Below are positions 20,703 to 30,909 of a DNA stretch of 64,000 nt, in pieces (position 1 is the first letter of the stretch; every line of letters begins with the position of its first letter). The DNA is taken from positions 1,216,163 through 1,280,162 of the forward strand of contig OY762281.2 in assembly GCA_963665345.2 (NCBI GenBank), written 5' to 3'. The translations under genes were made by a program, and so were the position numbers. Origin of the DNA: Opitutales bacterium (GTDB taxonomy: Bacteria; Verrucomicrobiota; Verrucomicrobiia; Opitutales; CAXXNP01). The notes below the pieces were generated by a model. The model saw only the letters and a program-made list of their open reading frames with translations, had not been told where the DNA came from and ran no database searches.

Positions 20703-23700
20703 ATGGTATTGACCACTTTTTTGTCTGGAGAAGGCGGTTTGCGAACCTGCATGGTGACAGCGACCAGGGTCCTCACACTTTATTTCACTAGCTTTATAAC
20801 TGCGGCGGAAGTTGATCACTTTCCTGTTCGAGAGGAGGGAGAAGATGCCCGCCTTAGCGAAGCCGCAGATCAAGTTTATGCGCCTGATCTAGCCGCGTTG
20901 CTGGAGGAGGCCGAGCGTTTATATGGCGAGGGTTCGTTTGACCTGGCCCATCAGCAGTACCTTCAGGTGATGGGCCATGATCTGCCGGCAGAGCTTGAAC
21001 TGGAAACCGCATTTCGACTCGCGGATACGCGATGGCGGTCAAGAGGAGCTTCGCGGCAGGCCGACGCCAGTTCCCTGGAAGCGGCCAGAAAAACTCTGGA
21101 AAACCTGCTGATGCGGGTGAATGAGCTGGAAACTCTGCCACCGCACTTGGCACCCGAGATCAACGAATCGCTGGGTGACTCCTGGTGGGTTTACGAACAC
21201 CTCAGGAATTGGGGGCGAGCATGGCAATTCTATACTCGAGCGCTGGACGGGTGGGCAGGTTCGAAGGATCTGGATCGGGCCAGGAGTCGCTATTTGGCTA
21301 TTGTCTGGAAGGCTTCCGAGCCGTCCGGGCACCGCCCCTTTTACAGCTATGGATTTTTCGGGAACTACCTACCTTTGGCGGTGTTGGAAAATGCGCTGCA
21401 GATCGCAGTGGAGCCTTCGGACCAGGCACGTGCCCATTTCCTGATCGCAATGACTCTGAGTTTCCAGGGTGGCCGCTCACAGCAGTTGACCCGAGTGAGC
21501 GAGGAATTTTCCGCTGCGTTGGAAATGGGAGAGAATTCACGGTGGTATGACGATGCGCTTTTTCACTTTGCGCAGTGGGCGTCGAACAGCGGACACATCC
21601 GCTACGACGATGACGGCAACCTGCAGTTGGAACCGGATTATGAACGCGCTCTTTCTTTTTATCATGTCTTACGCAGTAAGTATAGCGAAGGTGAAACGAG
21701 GTACTATGAGCCTGCTCGCATGGCTATTGAGCAGATCACTCGGCCCGACCTGTCCGTTACCGTGAGTCATGTCTTCGTTCCCGGTTCGGAGGTCGAATTC
21801 AATCTTCGGTGGCGTAACCTTGATGAGGTCGACATCGATGTTTTCGCTGTCGATCTAGTGCGCGATCCCCAGTTTTCGGGTTCACAGGTATCACCCTGGG
21901 AGTGGATTCAGGCGGTAAATCTGGAGGAAAGAGAACCCACGGCAACAATGCGACGGGACGACCGTCCCGAACGTCGCCACTACCAGGTGAATGTCGATAT
22001 CCGATTTAAGCAGGAGCTACCCAGCGGGGCCTATGTGGTGAGGGCCAGGGGAGGAGGCCAGGAGGCGCGGGATCTGGTGTTAATCAGCGATGCGGTGCTT
22101 GTTCTGAAGTCGACCCCTGAGCAGGCCCTCATCTACTTCTGCGACGCAGTCAGCGGCGAACCCATTGCTGAAGCCCAGGTGGTGGTGTGGGAACGATTTC
22201 AGGAAGACCGAGAGCATCGTTGGCAGCGCTATGAAAGGCCCACGGGTGTTGATGGTCAGGCCTCCTTTTCATTCGAGGAGCGAGCGGGCAATCGCCAGTA
22301 TTTCGCGGCCGCGCGGTGGGAGGGGAGACAGGCTTTCGCACTTTCGGGACGAAACTGGCAGTACCAACGAGAGGCCATCGTGTGGCGTGTCTATGCCTAC
22401 ACCGACCGACCGGTGTACCGTCCTGATGAGACCGTCAACTGGAAAGCGATAGCGCGCCAGGACGATGGGTCGGTTTATACCGTTCCGGTAGACGAATCTT
22501 TGAGCTACGTGATCGAAGATCCCAAGGGCAAGAATGTTGATCAAGGCACGCTTGTGCCTAACGCTTTTGGGTCGGTGTGGGGCAGCCTGGATCTCTCCGC
22601 GGACTTTGCCCTCGGGCCCTACCGGATTCGATTTGCGGGCGAGGGATCGGATCGGTGGACAGGGCCGGTCGCGCTATTTCGCCTGGAGGAATTCAAGTTG
22701 CCGGAATTCCAAGTCTCAGTAACACTGGAAGGGGAAAGCGAGGGCGGCGGTTTGTATCGGATAGGTGATTCCATCGTGGTCGGGGTCACCGCGGAGTACT
22801 ATTCCGGCGGTGCGGTTCCCGAAGCGGATGTTGAAATGGTCGTTTATCAGAGGCCCTTCCATTTCTGGTTTCGATCGCAGAAGGCGTATGACTGGTATTA
22901 TCCTGTTGTGCGGCAGGGAACGCGGTGGGGTATCGGGGGACGCGGAGCGGTGATTCATCGATCGGAGCTGCGTACCGACAGTACCGGCAGTGTGTCGTTT
23001 ACTTTCTCCACTCCGGGATATTCCGATGTCGACTACGAGTACACCATCGAAGCTCGGGTTCGCGATGCTTCCCGGCGTGAAGTCGTGACGGTTCAGAGAG
23101 CGAAGGTCACAAGGCAGAGTTACTTTGTCTCACTTGAACCGGAGCGCACGCTCTATGAACCGGGCGATAGGGTGAAGGTCACTGTGCTGGCGCGGGATGC
23201 CAATGGCCGTCCGGTTTCCGTTCGCGGGAGATTGAAGCTTACTCAGGAAACCTGGCAGGAGGTCTGGGAGGATCAGCGTGGCCGCGAGATCACCGGTGAG
23301 AAGCTGACCAATCTGAAACACCGATCATTGAGTTGGTTCACTTTCGGCGCATCGCCAGAGGATTATCGATTGAAGAGCCGGGGCTATGAAACGGAAGAAA
23401 TCGTACTTGAACAGATCCAGACGAACACTGAAGGCAGGGGTGTATTTACCGTAGAGGCACCGGAGGCGGGCTATTTCAAGCTCGCCTGGCTGAGTCGTGA
23501 CAAGGACGGGCATCCGATCAAGGCGGACGCTGCGTTCTGGACTGCCGATGATGCCTCTCGAGATATCGGGTTTCGCCCCGGAGGGGTCTCGATCATCGTG
23601 GACCGGAATACATTTGAAACCGGGCAAGAGGGCATTGTCATGCTCACGACACCGGTATCGGGCCGGTACGTTCTTTTCACGACAGGTGCCGACAGTCTCT

Positions 23701-26684
23701 TTTCCCACGAGGTAGTACACCTCGAAGGGAATTCTCGTCTCTTGCGTATACCCATTGACGAAACGCACGTGCCGAACACCTATTTTGAGGCACTCATGGT
23801 CATGGGGCATCAACTTTTCCTTGACCAAGAGGAGATTGTGGTCCCACCGACGGAGAATTTTCTCAATGTCGAAGTGTCGCCGGATGCGTACGGATACGAG
23901 CCACGAGAGGAAGGCGTAATCACGGTAAGGGTAAGCGATCGGAACAGGGAGCCAGTTAGGGCCGAGTTGTCATTAGCTTTGGTAGACGCGGCCGTCTACA
24001 CTATTGAGGACGATTTCGCGGGAGACATACGGCAGTTCTTTTTTGGTGAGCGCCGTGCCTACCACGTTCAGAACACCAGCACGTTTTCGCAGAAACCCTA
24101 TTTTAATCTTCGCGCGCGCGATAACGCCAGAGACGAATTCCAGGAAGTCGACGAGGGTGAGGTCCGCTATGAAAGCGACGCTGTCCTGCGTCGCTCGACA
24201 CTGGCGAAAATGGATGCCGGGGAGGGGTTTGCCCCCGGGGAGCCGATGGAGGGAATCTCCCGGGAGCAGGCGCCCGTGGTGGCTGCCGTCACATCTCTGC
24301 CGGGCGCCCCTAAGGGGCCGGAAATCGTTGTGCGCAGCGATTTCAGAAACACCGTGCTCTGGCTCCCGAGCGTGCTTACAGATGAGAACGGGATGGCTCG
24401 CACTGCGTTCACTTTCCCTGATTCACTCACTACTTGGCGAGCCACCGCCAAAGCGGTCGGCCAAGTCAACCTATTCGGAGTCGGTGACGATGAAGTGCAG
24501 ACGCGGTTGCCGCTGATCGCGCGGTTGCAAGCGCCGCGATTTATGGTGGTCCGGGATGATGTGACCATTTCGGGAGTTGTGAGTAATCACACCTCGCAAC
24601 CTATGTCTGTGGAAGCGGCTCTGGAGTCCGATGGAGTGACCATTGAAGGAGTGATCAATGAGGCTCGAGGTTTGCTGAAAGGGAATAGCACGGAAGTCAT
24701 TATACCTGCTCAGGGGCAGTTGCGGGTGGATTGGAAGGTATCGATTCAGCGTCCGGGAGAAGCGCGTTTGAAACTGATTGTAGAAGGCGAGCGTTATTCC
24801 GACGCAATGGAGAAATCATACCCGGTATACGAGCATGGTATCGAGCAGTTCGTCGGCTTGTCGGGACGTCTCACGACACGGGAGGCAACCATTGTTTTGG
24901 ATCTTCCGGAAGAGCGTATTGTGAATTCCACGCAACTGACGGTGCAGGTTAGCCCCAGTATCGCGTTGACCATGCTGGACGCGTTACCCTATCTGATCAA
25001 TTATCCTTACGGTTGTAGCGAACAGACCCTCGATCGGTTTCTTCCCGTAGTGGCTGTCTTTCACACGCTGCGCAACCTTGGGATTTCGCCAGAGGATCTC
25101 AAACGTCGTGTTTTCGGGGGGGTCGAAGCTGAACATGCGGGCCGGACTCACCCCGGGGGAAAGCGTTCCCTCGATCAGCTGGACCGGATGGTCGCGGCCG
25201 GTTTGGCAAGGCTCTACGGATTTCAGCATGCCAGCGGAGCCTGGGGCTGGTGGAAGGACGGCGAGGATGACCTTTTCATGACGGCTTACGTTGTCTGGGG
25301 TTTAACCTTAGCCGAAAGCGTGGGAATTGAGGTTGAAAAACGTCGATTGCAGCGGGCACGGAAGTTTCTCGAGATCCATTTGGTGGATGCCGAAGAGGAA
25401 GACGATCTGCGAATCTGGATGCTGCACGCCTTGGCCTCCCGCTATTTGAATGATCCCGAGATGCGACCCCAGCGTTTCGAGGCGCGAGCATTTCTGGAGC
25501 TGATCAACGAGCGTAGTCGCCTTAACGCCTACGGTAAAGCGCTGCTGGCACTTTGCGCGTTTTACTTTGGCTTTGAGGAAGATGCGCAAATGCTTGCGCG
25601 AAATCTTCGGGATGGGGTGATACGGGACCGGAATCCCGGGCAATCAGTGATTGTCAAAGACGGCAAATCGCAGGGAATAGGTTTTGAAACCGCACATTGG
25701 GGAGAAGACGGGATCTTCTCGCGATGGTCGGAAGGAGGTGTCGAAGCCACGGCATTCGCGCTCATGGCGCTGCTGGCGGTCGATCCGGAAGCAGATCTGG
25801 TTGAACCGGTGGTCACCTGGCTAGTCAGGAATCGTCGCGGCGCCCAGTGGAAGAATACACGGGATTCCTCCATAGTCCTACTGGCTTTGAACCGGTATTT
25901 ACGCGTTTCCGGCCGTTTAACAACTCCTATTGAGTACGAGGTGCGAGTGAACGGTAAGCAGATTGCAGAGCGCAAGATCGAGGGTAAAAAGCTCCTTGAC
26001 GATCCCAATTCCTGGCAGATCGACCCACGCTTTCATCGTCATGGAGAGAACGCGATCAGACTGTTAAGAAAGTCGGGCAAGGGCGAACTCTACTATTCGA
26101 TCTACGCCGAATACTTTAACCGGGAGGAACCGCTTAAGGCGAAAGGGAACGAAGTGTTTCTGGATCGGCAATTCCTGCGCATAAAGTCGGTTCCAACGCT
26201 CCTGAAGGGGTTTGTAGAGGAAAAGGAGCAGCTCCGGGACGGCGACGCTGTGGAAAGCGGTGATCGTGTCGAAGTGGTGTTGTTGATAGAGAGCAAGAAC
26301 GCCTTGGAGTACATGATTTTTGAAGATTTGAAGCCGGCAGGGTTCGAAGCCGTTCAACTGAGGAGTGGCGATCTGATCTGGGCGCGTGAATTGAGGAAGG
26401 AATTCCTGCCTCGATTGCTGGATGACGAATCCGAGGAGACCTCATCCGACCGGGGAGAGCGCTACAGCGGGCGCCAGCAACGGGTCCACCAGGAACTCCG
26501 TGACCGCATGATAACCAGTTTCATGAGCAAGCTACCGGAGGGAATCTGGGAGATTCGATATCAGTTGAGAGCGGAAGTCCCGGGAGAGTTTCATGCCCTT
26601 CCGGTTTCGGGACATGCCATGTATGTGCCCGAGATTCGCGCCAACGGGAGCGAAATCAGGATCTCGGTGAGGGATCGGGGCTAG
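20703..26684 (+). CDS. alpha-2-macroglobulin family protein with intact thioester motif
   Basis: 1993 aa. The CxEQ thioester site YPYGCSEQTLDRF lies at 25014-25025. Multiple macroglobulin-like beta-sandwich repeats are present. A possible signal peptide would follow from an alternative start at ATG 20751 (MVTATRVLTLYFTSFITAAE). Confidence 0.85.
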   Translation: MVLTTFLSGEGGLRTCMVTATRVLTLYFTSFITAAEVDHFPVREEGEDARLSEAADQVYAPDLAALLEEAERLYGEGSFDLAHQQYLQVMGHDLPAELELETAFRLADTRWRSRGASRQADASSLEAARKTLENLLMRVNELETLPPHLAPEINESLGDSWWVYEHLRNWGRAWQFYTRALDGWAGSKDLDRARSRYLAIVWKASEPSGHRPFYSYGFFGNYLPLAVLENALQIAVEPSDQARAHFLIAMTLSFQGGRSQQLTRVSEEFSAALEMGENSRWYDDALFHFAQWASNSGHIRYDDDGNLQLEPDYERALSFYHVLRSKYSEGETRYYEPARMAIEQITRPDLSVTVSHVFVPGSEVEFNLRWRNLDEVDIDVFAVDLVRDPQFSGSQVSPWEWIQAVNLEEREPTATMRRDDRPERRHYQVNVDIRFKQELPSGAYVVRARGGGQEARDLVLISDAVLVLKSTPEQALIYFCDAVSGEPIAEAQVVVWERFQEDREHRWQRYERPTGVDGQASFSFEERAGNRQYFAAARWEGRQAFALSGRNWQYQREAIVWRVYAYTDRPVYRPDETVNWKAIARQDDGSVYTVPVDESLSYVIEDPKGKNVDQGTLVPNAFGSVWGSLDLSADFALGPYRIRFAGEGSDRWTGPVALFRLEEFKLPEFQVSVTLEGESEGGGLYRIGDSIVVGVTAEYYSGGAVPEADVEMVVYQRPFHFWFRSQKAYDWYYPVVRQGTRWGIGGRGAVIHRSELRTDSTGSVSFTFSTPGYSDVDYEYTIEARVRDASRREVVTVQRAKVTRQSYFVSLEPERTLYEPGDRVKVTVLARDANGRPVSVRGRLKLTQETWQEVWEDQRGREITGEKLTNLKHRSLSWFTFGASPEDYRLKSRGYETEEIVLEQIQTNTEGRGVFTVEAPEAGYFKLAWLSRDKDGHPIKADAAFWTADDASRDIGFRPGGVSIIVDRNTFETGQEGIVMLTTPVSGRYVLFTTGADSLFSHEVVHLEGNSRLLRIPIDETHVPNTYFEALMVMGHQLFLDQEEIVVPPTENFLNVEVSPDAYGYEPREEGVITVRVSDRNREPVRAELSLALVDAAVYTIEDDFAGDIRQFFFGERRAYHVQNTSTFSQKPYFNLRARDNARDEFQEVDEGEVRYESDAVLRRSTLAKMDAGEGFAPGEPMEGISREQAPVVAAVTSLPGAPKGPEIVVRSDFRNTVLWLPSVLTDENGMARTAFTFPDSLTTWRATAKAVGQVNLFGVGDDEVQTRLPLIARLQAPRFMVVRDDVTISGVVSNHTSQPMSVEAALESDGVTIEGVINEARGLLKGNSTEVIIPAQGQLRVDWKVSIQRPGEARLKLIVEGERYSDAMEKSYPVYEHGIEQFVGLSGRLTTREATIVLDLPEERIVNSTQLTVQVSPSIALTMLDALPYLINYPYGCSEQTLDRFLPVVAVFHTLRNLGISPEDLKRRVFGGVEAEHAGRTHPGGKRSLDQLDRMVAAGLARLYGFQHASGAWGWWKDGEDDLFMTAYVVWGLTLAESVGIEVEKRRLQRARKFLEIHLVDAEEEDDLRIWMLHALASRYLNDPEMRPQRFEARAFLELINERSRLNAYGKALLALCAFYFGFEEDAQMLARNLRDGVIRDRNPGQSVIVKDGKSQGIGFETAHWGEDGIFSRWSEGGVEATAFALMALLAVDPEADLVEPVVTWLVRNRRGAQWKNTRDSSIVLLALNRYLRVSGRLTTPIEYEVRVNGKQIAERKIEGKKLLDDPNSWQIDPRFHRHGENAIRLLRKSGKGELYYSIYAEYFNREEPLKAKGNEVFLDRQFLRIKSVPTLLKGFVEEKEQLRDGDAVESGDRVEVVLLIESKNALEYMIFEDLKPAGFEAVQLRSGDLIWARELRKEFLPRLLDDESEETSSDRGERYSGRQQRVHQELRDRMITSFMSKLPEGIWEIRYQLRAEVPGEFHALPVSGHAMYVPEIRANGSEIRISVRDRG

Positions 26685-26713
26685 TGTGCCGCCTTGTAAA
26701 TAGGCTTGCAGGC

Positions 26714-27343
26714 TTATTTTCGAGACTGGACACTGCCCCATTCAGGGGGATTCTGCAGATCCGGCTTCAAGATACCGATACAGGGCAAATTGCGATAGCT
26801 CCCGGCAAAGTCCAGACCGTAGCCGACAACAAACTCGTCAGGAACCGTGAAACCGACAAAATCGGGTTCGAACTTCACTTCACGGCGCCCCACCTTGTCC
26901 AGGAGAACGCATGTCTTTAACAAAGAGGGCTTCATTTTCTCGAGCACGCCTACGACTTCCGAAATCGTTCTGCCGGTGTCGATAATATCATCGATGAGCA
27001 ACACTTGCCGCCCTTGGATATGCATGCTGGTTTGATCTACGATCTCGGGTTGAGTAGAGGGATATGTTGCGTCCCGGTAACTTGAAGCACGTATGCAATC
27101 CAGCTGCACCGATCGCCGTATCTGCCGGATCAAGTCGGCGGTGAAGACAATGGCGCCATTAATGATCGAAATGATTAGGATCTCTACCTCTTCGGCGAAA
27201 CCGGCGTCGATCTCGTTGGCAAGTTCACGCACGCGGTCTCGAATCTGCTCGTCCGTGATGAGGACTTCGCTGAGGTCGTCATGTATCGAGAGATGAGTCT
27301 TGGGCACATTGTCAAGAAAGGTGCCGAGGCCGGGTACTGTCAA
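26714..27343 (-). CDS. hpt: hypoxanthine-guanine phosphoribosyltransferase
   Basis: PRPP-binding motif VLLIDDIIDTGRT and an Hpt-like N-terminus. The start may be slightly downstream. Confidence 0.9.
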   Translation of the reverse strand: MTVPGLGTFLDNVPKTHLSIHDDLSEVLITDEQIRDRVRELANEIDAGFAEEVEILIISIINGAIVFTADLIRQIRRSVQLDCIRASSYRDATYPSTQPEIVDQTSMHIQGRQVLLIDDIIDTGRTISEVVGVLEKMKPSLLKTCVLLDKVGRREVKFEPDFVGFTVPDEFVVGYGLDFAGSYRNLPCIGILKPDLQNPPEWGSVQSRK

Positions 27344-27458
27344 CGATCGAGCGACCCTCGAACGTGATCATTCCCTATAGCTTGCTAGGGGGTAGGCTTT
27401 TTAAGGGTGTCGTTCAAATCCTTTGACAGGCATGTTCCTGGAGAGCAGAATAGAGGCT

Positions 27459-28529
27459 ATGATTTCGGTTAGCGCCGAGCAGGTAGGGAAACGGTTCGGC
27501 CAGGTGACCGCGCTTGAGGCTATCGATCTGCGGGTTGAAGCGGGCGAACTGTTTTTTCTGCTTGGACCCAGTGGGTGTGGGAAGACCACGTTGCTGCGCT
27601 GTATAGCGGGCTTCTATGTCCCCGATTCCGGTCGAATTTTGTTTGGTAATGACGAGGTTACGCGACTTGAACCCCATCGGAGAAACACCGGTATGGTCTT
27701 CCAGAGTTATGCTCTTTGGCCACATATGACGGTAGCCGATAACGTAGCCTTCGGCCTACGGCAGAGAAAGACGAGTCGGGCCGAGATTACTTCTCGCGTC
27801 GGCGATGCCTTGTCTATGGTGAAGATGGAAGCTTTCGCTTCGCGCCGCCCCAATCAGCTTTCCGGAGGCCAGCAACAGCGAGTGGCGTTGGCCCGTGCCT
27901 TGGTGATACGACCCCGTTGCCTGCTGCTTGATGAGCCGCTTTCCAACCTCGACGCCAAGCTCCGCCAGGAGATGCGCGCGGAAATCAGGCGCATCTGCAA
28001 AGAAAGCAGTCTGACCACGATTTATGTTACCCATGATCAAAAGGAAGCGCTCTCGATCGCGGACCGCATCGCGCTTCTTCGTAACGGCAATATCGAGCAA
28101 GTGGGCACTCCCGAGGAGATCTATCGCCGCCCGACCAGTAAATTCGCAGCTGATTTTGTGGGGGAAACCAATTTCATAGCGGGTGAACTGATTCGTGTCC
28201 AGGGAGGCATGGGATTGGTGGCAACGGATTTTGGGGAGTGGTCGGGGGTGTTGACGGAGAATGGGAGGACGCTTCGAGATGGCTCTTCAGTCACGATTTC
28301 GCTGCGCCCCGAGGCAATTCAACTGGACGCGCTTGCGGCGGAAGAGAACTGCATATCGGGAGTCATCGGCGGGGCCACTTATTACGGCGAGTTAGCTCAG
28401 TATCAATTTGAATGCGAGGGTGGAAATCTGAAGGTCTTCGAACTCAATCCCCGATTCGCCCGCGCTCCCGCAGGCACCACTCTGAACGCTTGGGCGAATC
28501 CCGAAGATGTAGTTATTCTTCCGGAATGA
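27459..28529 (+). CDS. ABC importer ATP-binding protein (PotA/FbpC-like)
   Basis: Walker A GPSGCGKTT, signature LSGGQQQRVALARAL, Walker B LLLDEPLS, and a C-terminal TOBE-like regulatory domain. Confidence 0.9.
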   Translation: MISVSAEQVGKRFGQVTALEAIDLRVEAGELFFLLGPSGCGKTTLLRCIAGFYVPDSGRILFGNDEVTRLEPHRRNTGMVFQSYALWPHMTVADNVAFGLRQRKTSRAEITSRVGDALSMVKMEAFASRRPNQLSGGQQQRVALARALVIRPRCLLLDEPLSNLDAKLRQEMRAEIRRICKESSLTTIYVTHDQKEALSIADRIALLRNGNIEQVGTPEEIYRRPTSKFAADFVGETNFIAGELIRVQGGMGLVATDFGEWSGVLTENGRTLRDGSSVTISLRPEAIQLDALAAEENCISGVIGGATYYGELAQYQFECEGGNLKVFELNPRFARAPAGTTLNAWANPEDVVILPE

Positions 28530-28553
28530 GAGACGTTCCCCGGTGTTGATTAC

Positions 28554-30179
28554 ATGCTGCGCAGCGTTGCCATAATTGCGCTTCTGGCCGCCGTTCTGAT
28601 GGTGCCGTTTGCCTTGCGAGAGCGAGGAGAACGAATTTCCGGGGGCGACGATGTTTTGGTTATCATCACGCCCCATAATGAATCGATACGTTATGAGTTC
28701 TCCCGTGGTTTCGAGGCTTGGTACCGCAATTATACGGGGCGCAGCATATCCCTCGATTGGAGGGTCATCGGGGGGACAAGCGAGATCGTACGCTTTATTC
28801 GTTCCGAGTTCACGAATGCCTTCCGGAATTATTGGGAGCGGGATCTGGGACGGGGATGGAGCCAGCAGATTCAGGATGGCTTTGCCAATCGGCGCATGCA
28901 ACTTGACGATACTTCCGAAGACGATACACCGGCGGAGGTTGCCCGCAGAGCATTTCTGGCCTCGGATACCGGCGTCGGTCTCGACCTCTTTTTCGGTGGG
29001 GGCAGTTACGATTTTATCCAGCAGTCGAGAGCCGGAACGCTCGTTGATTCCGGTGTCGTGGCAGCGAATCGCGGTTGGTTCGGGGAGAATGGCATTCCGC
29101 AGAATTTCGCGGGAGAGCCCTTCTGGGATCCGGAAGGGAGGTGGATCGGCACGGTCATTTCCCAGTTTGGTATCATATTCAATCGGGATGCACTCGCTGG
29201 AGTCGGCATAGCCGATGAGCCCCGCCGCTGGGAGGACCTGACGGATACGAGGCTGCGAGATCAGGTTGCGGTTGCCGATCCCACCAAGAGCGGGTCGATG
29301 ACCAAAGCTTTCGAGATGATCTTGCAGGAACAGATGCAGCGCCGCTTTCGAGAGTTATCGTCGATGCGTTCAGTCCCTCCCCGTGAAGTCGAGGGTCGAG
29401 CCATTCGGGAAGGGTGGGCGCGCGGCATGAGTATCATTCAGCGGATTGCGGCGAACGCGCGTTATTTTACCGATTCTGCTCCTCTTCCAAACATTGATGT
29501 CGCTGCTGGCGACTGTGCCGCGGGAATGGCCATCGACTTCTACGGGCGTTTTCAGCAGGAACGCACCAATTCACGCAGTTCGGGAAATCGATTTGGATAT
29601 CTTACCCCGATCGGTGGATCCACCGTGTCGGTCGATCCCATTGGCATGTTTCGAGGAGCACCGCACGCGACGGCGGCACGGCTGTTCATACGCTACGTCC
29701 TCTCGTTGGATGGGCAGAAGCTCTGGAACTTTCGGGTCGGTGCTCCTGGAGGACCACGAAAGTTCGCCTTGCGCCGGCTTCCCATCCGTCCTGAGTTATT
29801 CGGGGAGGCCTACCGTGAATATCGCACCGATGCCGATATCGACCCCTATCGCGACTCCGGCGGATTTGTCTATCGGGGGGCATGGACAGGACCGTTGTTC
29901 AATGAGCTCCGATTCATCATTCGGGTAGCGTTCATCGACGTGAACACGGAGTTGAAGGCGGCGTGGTCGAGTCTGATTGAGGCGGGGATGCCTGCTGATG
30001 CCATGGCCGTGTTTTCGAATCTGGAGAAAATCAGTTTCGACCGGGCCCGAAATGAAATCGGCGAAGCTATGAACGCGGCTGACCCGCTCGAGCGCGTAGG
30101 CATGGCGCGGCGTCTCGCCAATCACTTTCGGCGGCAGTACAAGGAGGCCCAGCGGTTAGCTGAGACGACCTCCTCCTAG
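28554..30179 (+). CDS. large periplasmic ABC substrate-binding protein (family 1-like)
   Basis: 541 aa with an N-terminal hydrophobic anchor (AIIALLAAVLMVPFAL). General SBP layout (VLVIITPHNESI..., GGTSEIV...). It lies immediately downstream of the ABC ATPase. Confidence 0.6.
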   Translation: MLRSVAIIALLAAVLMVPFALRERGERISGGDDVLVIITPHNESIRYEFSRGFEAWYRNYTGRSISLDWRVIGGTSEIVRFIRSEFTNAFRNYWERDLGRGWSQQIQDGFANRRMQLDDTSEDDTPAEVARRAFLASDTGVGLDLFFGGGSYDFIQQSRAGTLVDSGVVAANRGWFGENGIPQNFAGEPFWDPEGRWIGTVISQFGIIFNRDALAGVGIADEPRRWEDLTDTRLRDQVAVADPTKSGSMTKAFEMILQEQMQRRFRELSSMRSVPPREVEGRAIREGWARGMSIIQRIAANARYFTDSAPLPNIDVAAGDCAAGMAIDFYGRFQQERTNSRSSGNRFGYLTPIGGSTVSVDPIGMFRGAPHATAARLFIRYVLSLDGQKLWNFRVGAPGGPRKFALRRLPIRPELFGEAYREYRTDADIDPYRDSGGFVYRGAWTGPLFNELRFIIRVAFIDVNTELKAAWSSLIEAGMPADAMAVFSNLEKISFDRARNEIGEAMNAADPLERVGMARRLANHFRRQYKEAQRLAETTSS

Positions 30180-30469
30180 CAATCTATCGGGCTTAGTACT
30201 CGAACTCGTAAATACGGTAACGTATGTCCCGATAAAATCGGGATTGGGGGTAGTGCAAGGCGCACCGACGACGGACATCCTGGGAATGCTTTCCTCGTCG
30301 GCGCAACGCCGCAATACCCCCCAATGCCGCCCCATCCCTTTGGGACCGTACCTGTTTAGCGTATTTCAGGCTCCCCAGTGCTTTGTTGTGCCGGTGTGGC
30401 GGCCGGCCGGAGCTTGGAGCTTCGGCCTGTTTCACCGACTTCACGTTCTCCATCGGTACTCCGATACTC

Positions 30470-30909
30470 TCATACTTCTTCACTACTCCCTTCTATTTTT
30501 CCTCCGCGGTCTTCGCGCTCTCTGCGGTTAATTATTCTCAAGCCTGAATCGGGAGCTACCCCGTCTTTGAAATCGCTTCCGAGCATCTGCTCAACCACCT
30601 GTGCTGCTCGTGTCGGCTGTACCTCATAAACGGTGGTGTGGGCATTGCTGAAGACCCACAGCCACCATTTCGGTCCCCCCACCCACAACTGGTCTCATCG
30701 GCGTGAACCACCGCCGCGCTGCGCAGCTGTTCGATCAATGCCTCATAGGTTGGGGTGAGCTTATGGGCCAGCCGACCCAGCGCCTGGATGAGCCCTCCGG
30801 GACTGATCCGCAATCCGAACAGCTCTTCGAGTAGGCGACAGCTTTGGCGCGTGCTCCGCCCATGACGCTTATTCAGATCTGCGGCCAGCGCTAGCGCCCG
30901 CGGCCCCAA
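30470..30909 (-). pseudogene. IS66-family transposase remnant, truncated at both ends and frameshifted
   Basis: Two overlapping frames together give ...RLLEELFGLRISPGGL...AAVVHADET / WVGGPKWWLWVFSNAHTTVYEV...EQMLGSDF, the core of DDE_Tnp_IS66. The N-terminal and C-terminal thirds are missing. Confidence 0.65.

Noticed and set aside
27344-27458. Riboswitch (e.g. TPP) in the leader of the ABC transporter genes
   Set aside because: No CUGAGA / ACCUGAUCUGGAUAAUGCCAGCG-type cores or other recognisable aptamer motifs were found.
30193-30483. 96-aa minus-strand ORF between the SBP gene and the IS66 remnant
   Set aside because: It is a basic, low-information sequence with no recognisable family, and it overlaps equally long ORFs in other frames. 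It is probably debris associated with the IS scar. I did not annotate it as a CDS.
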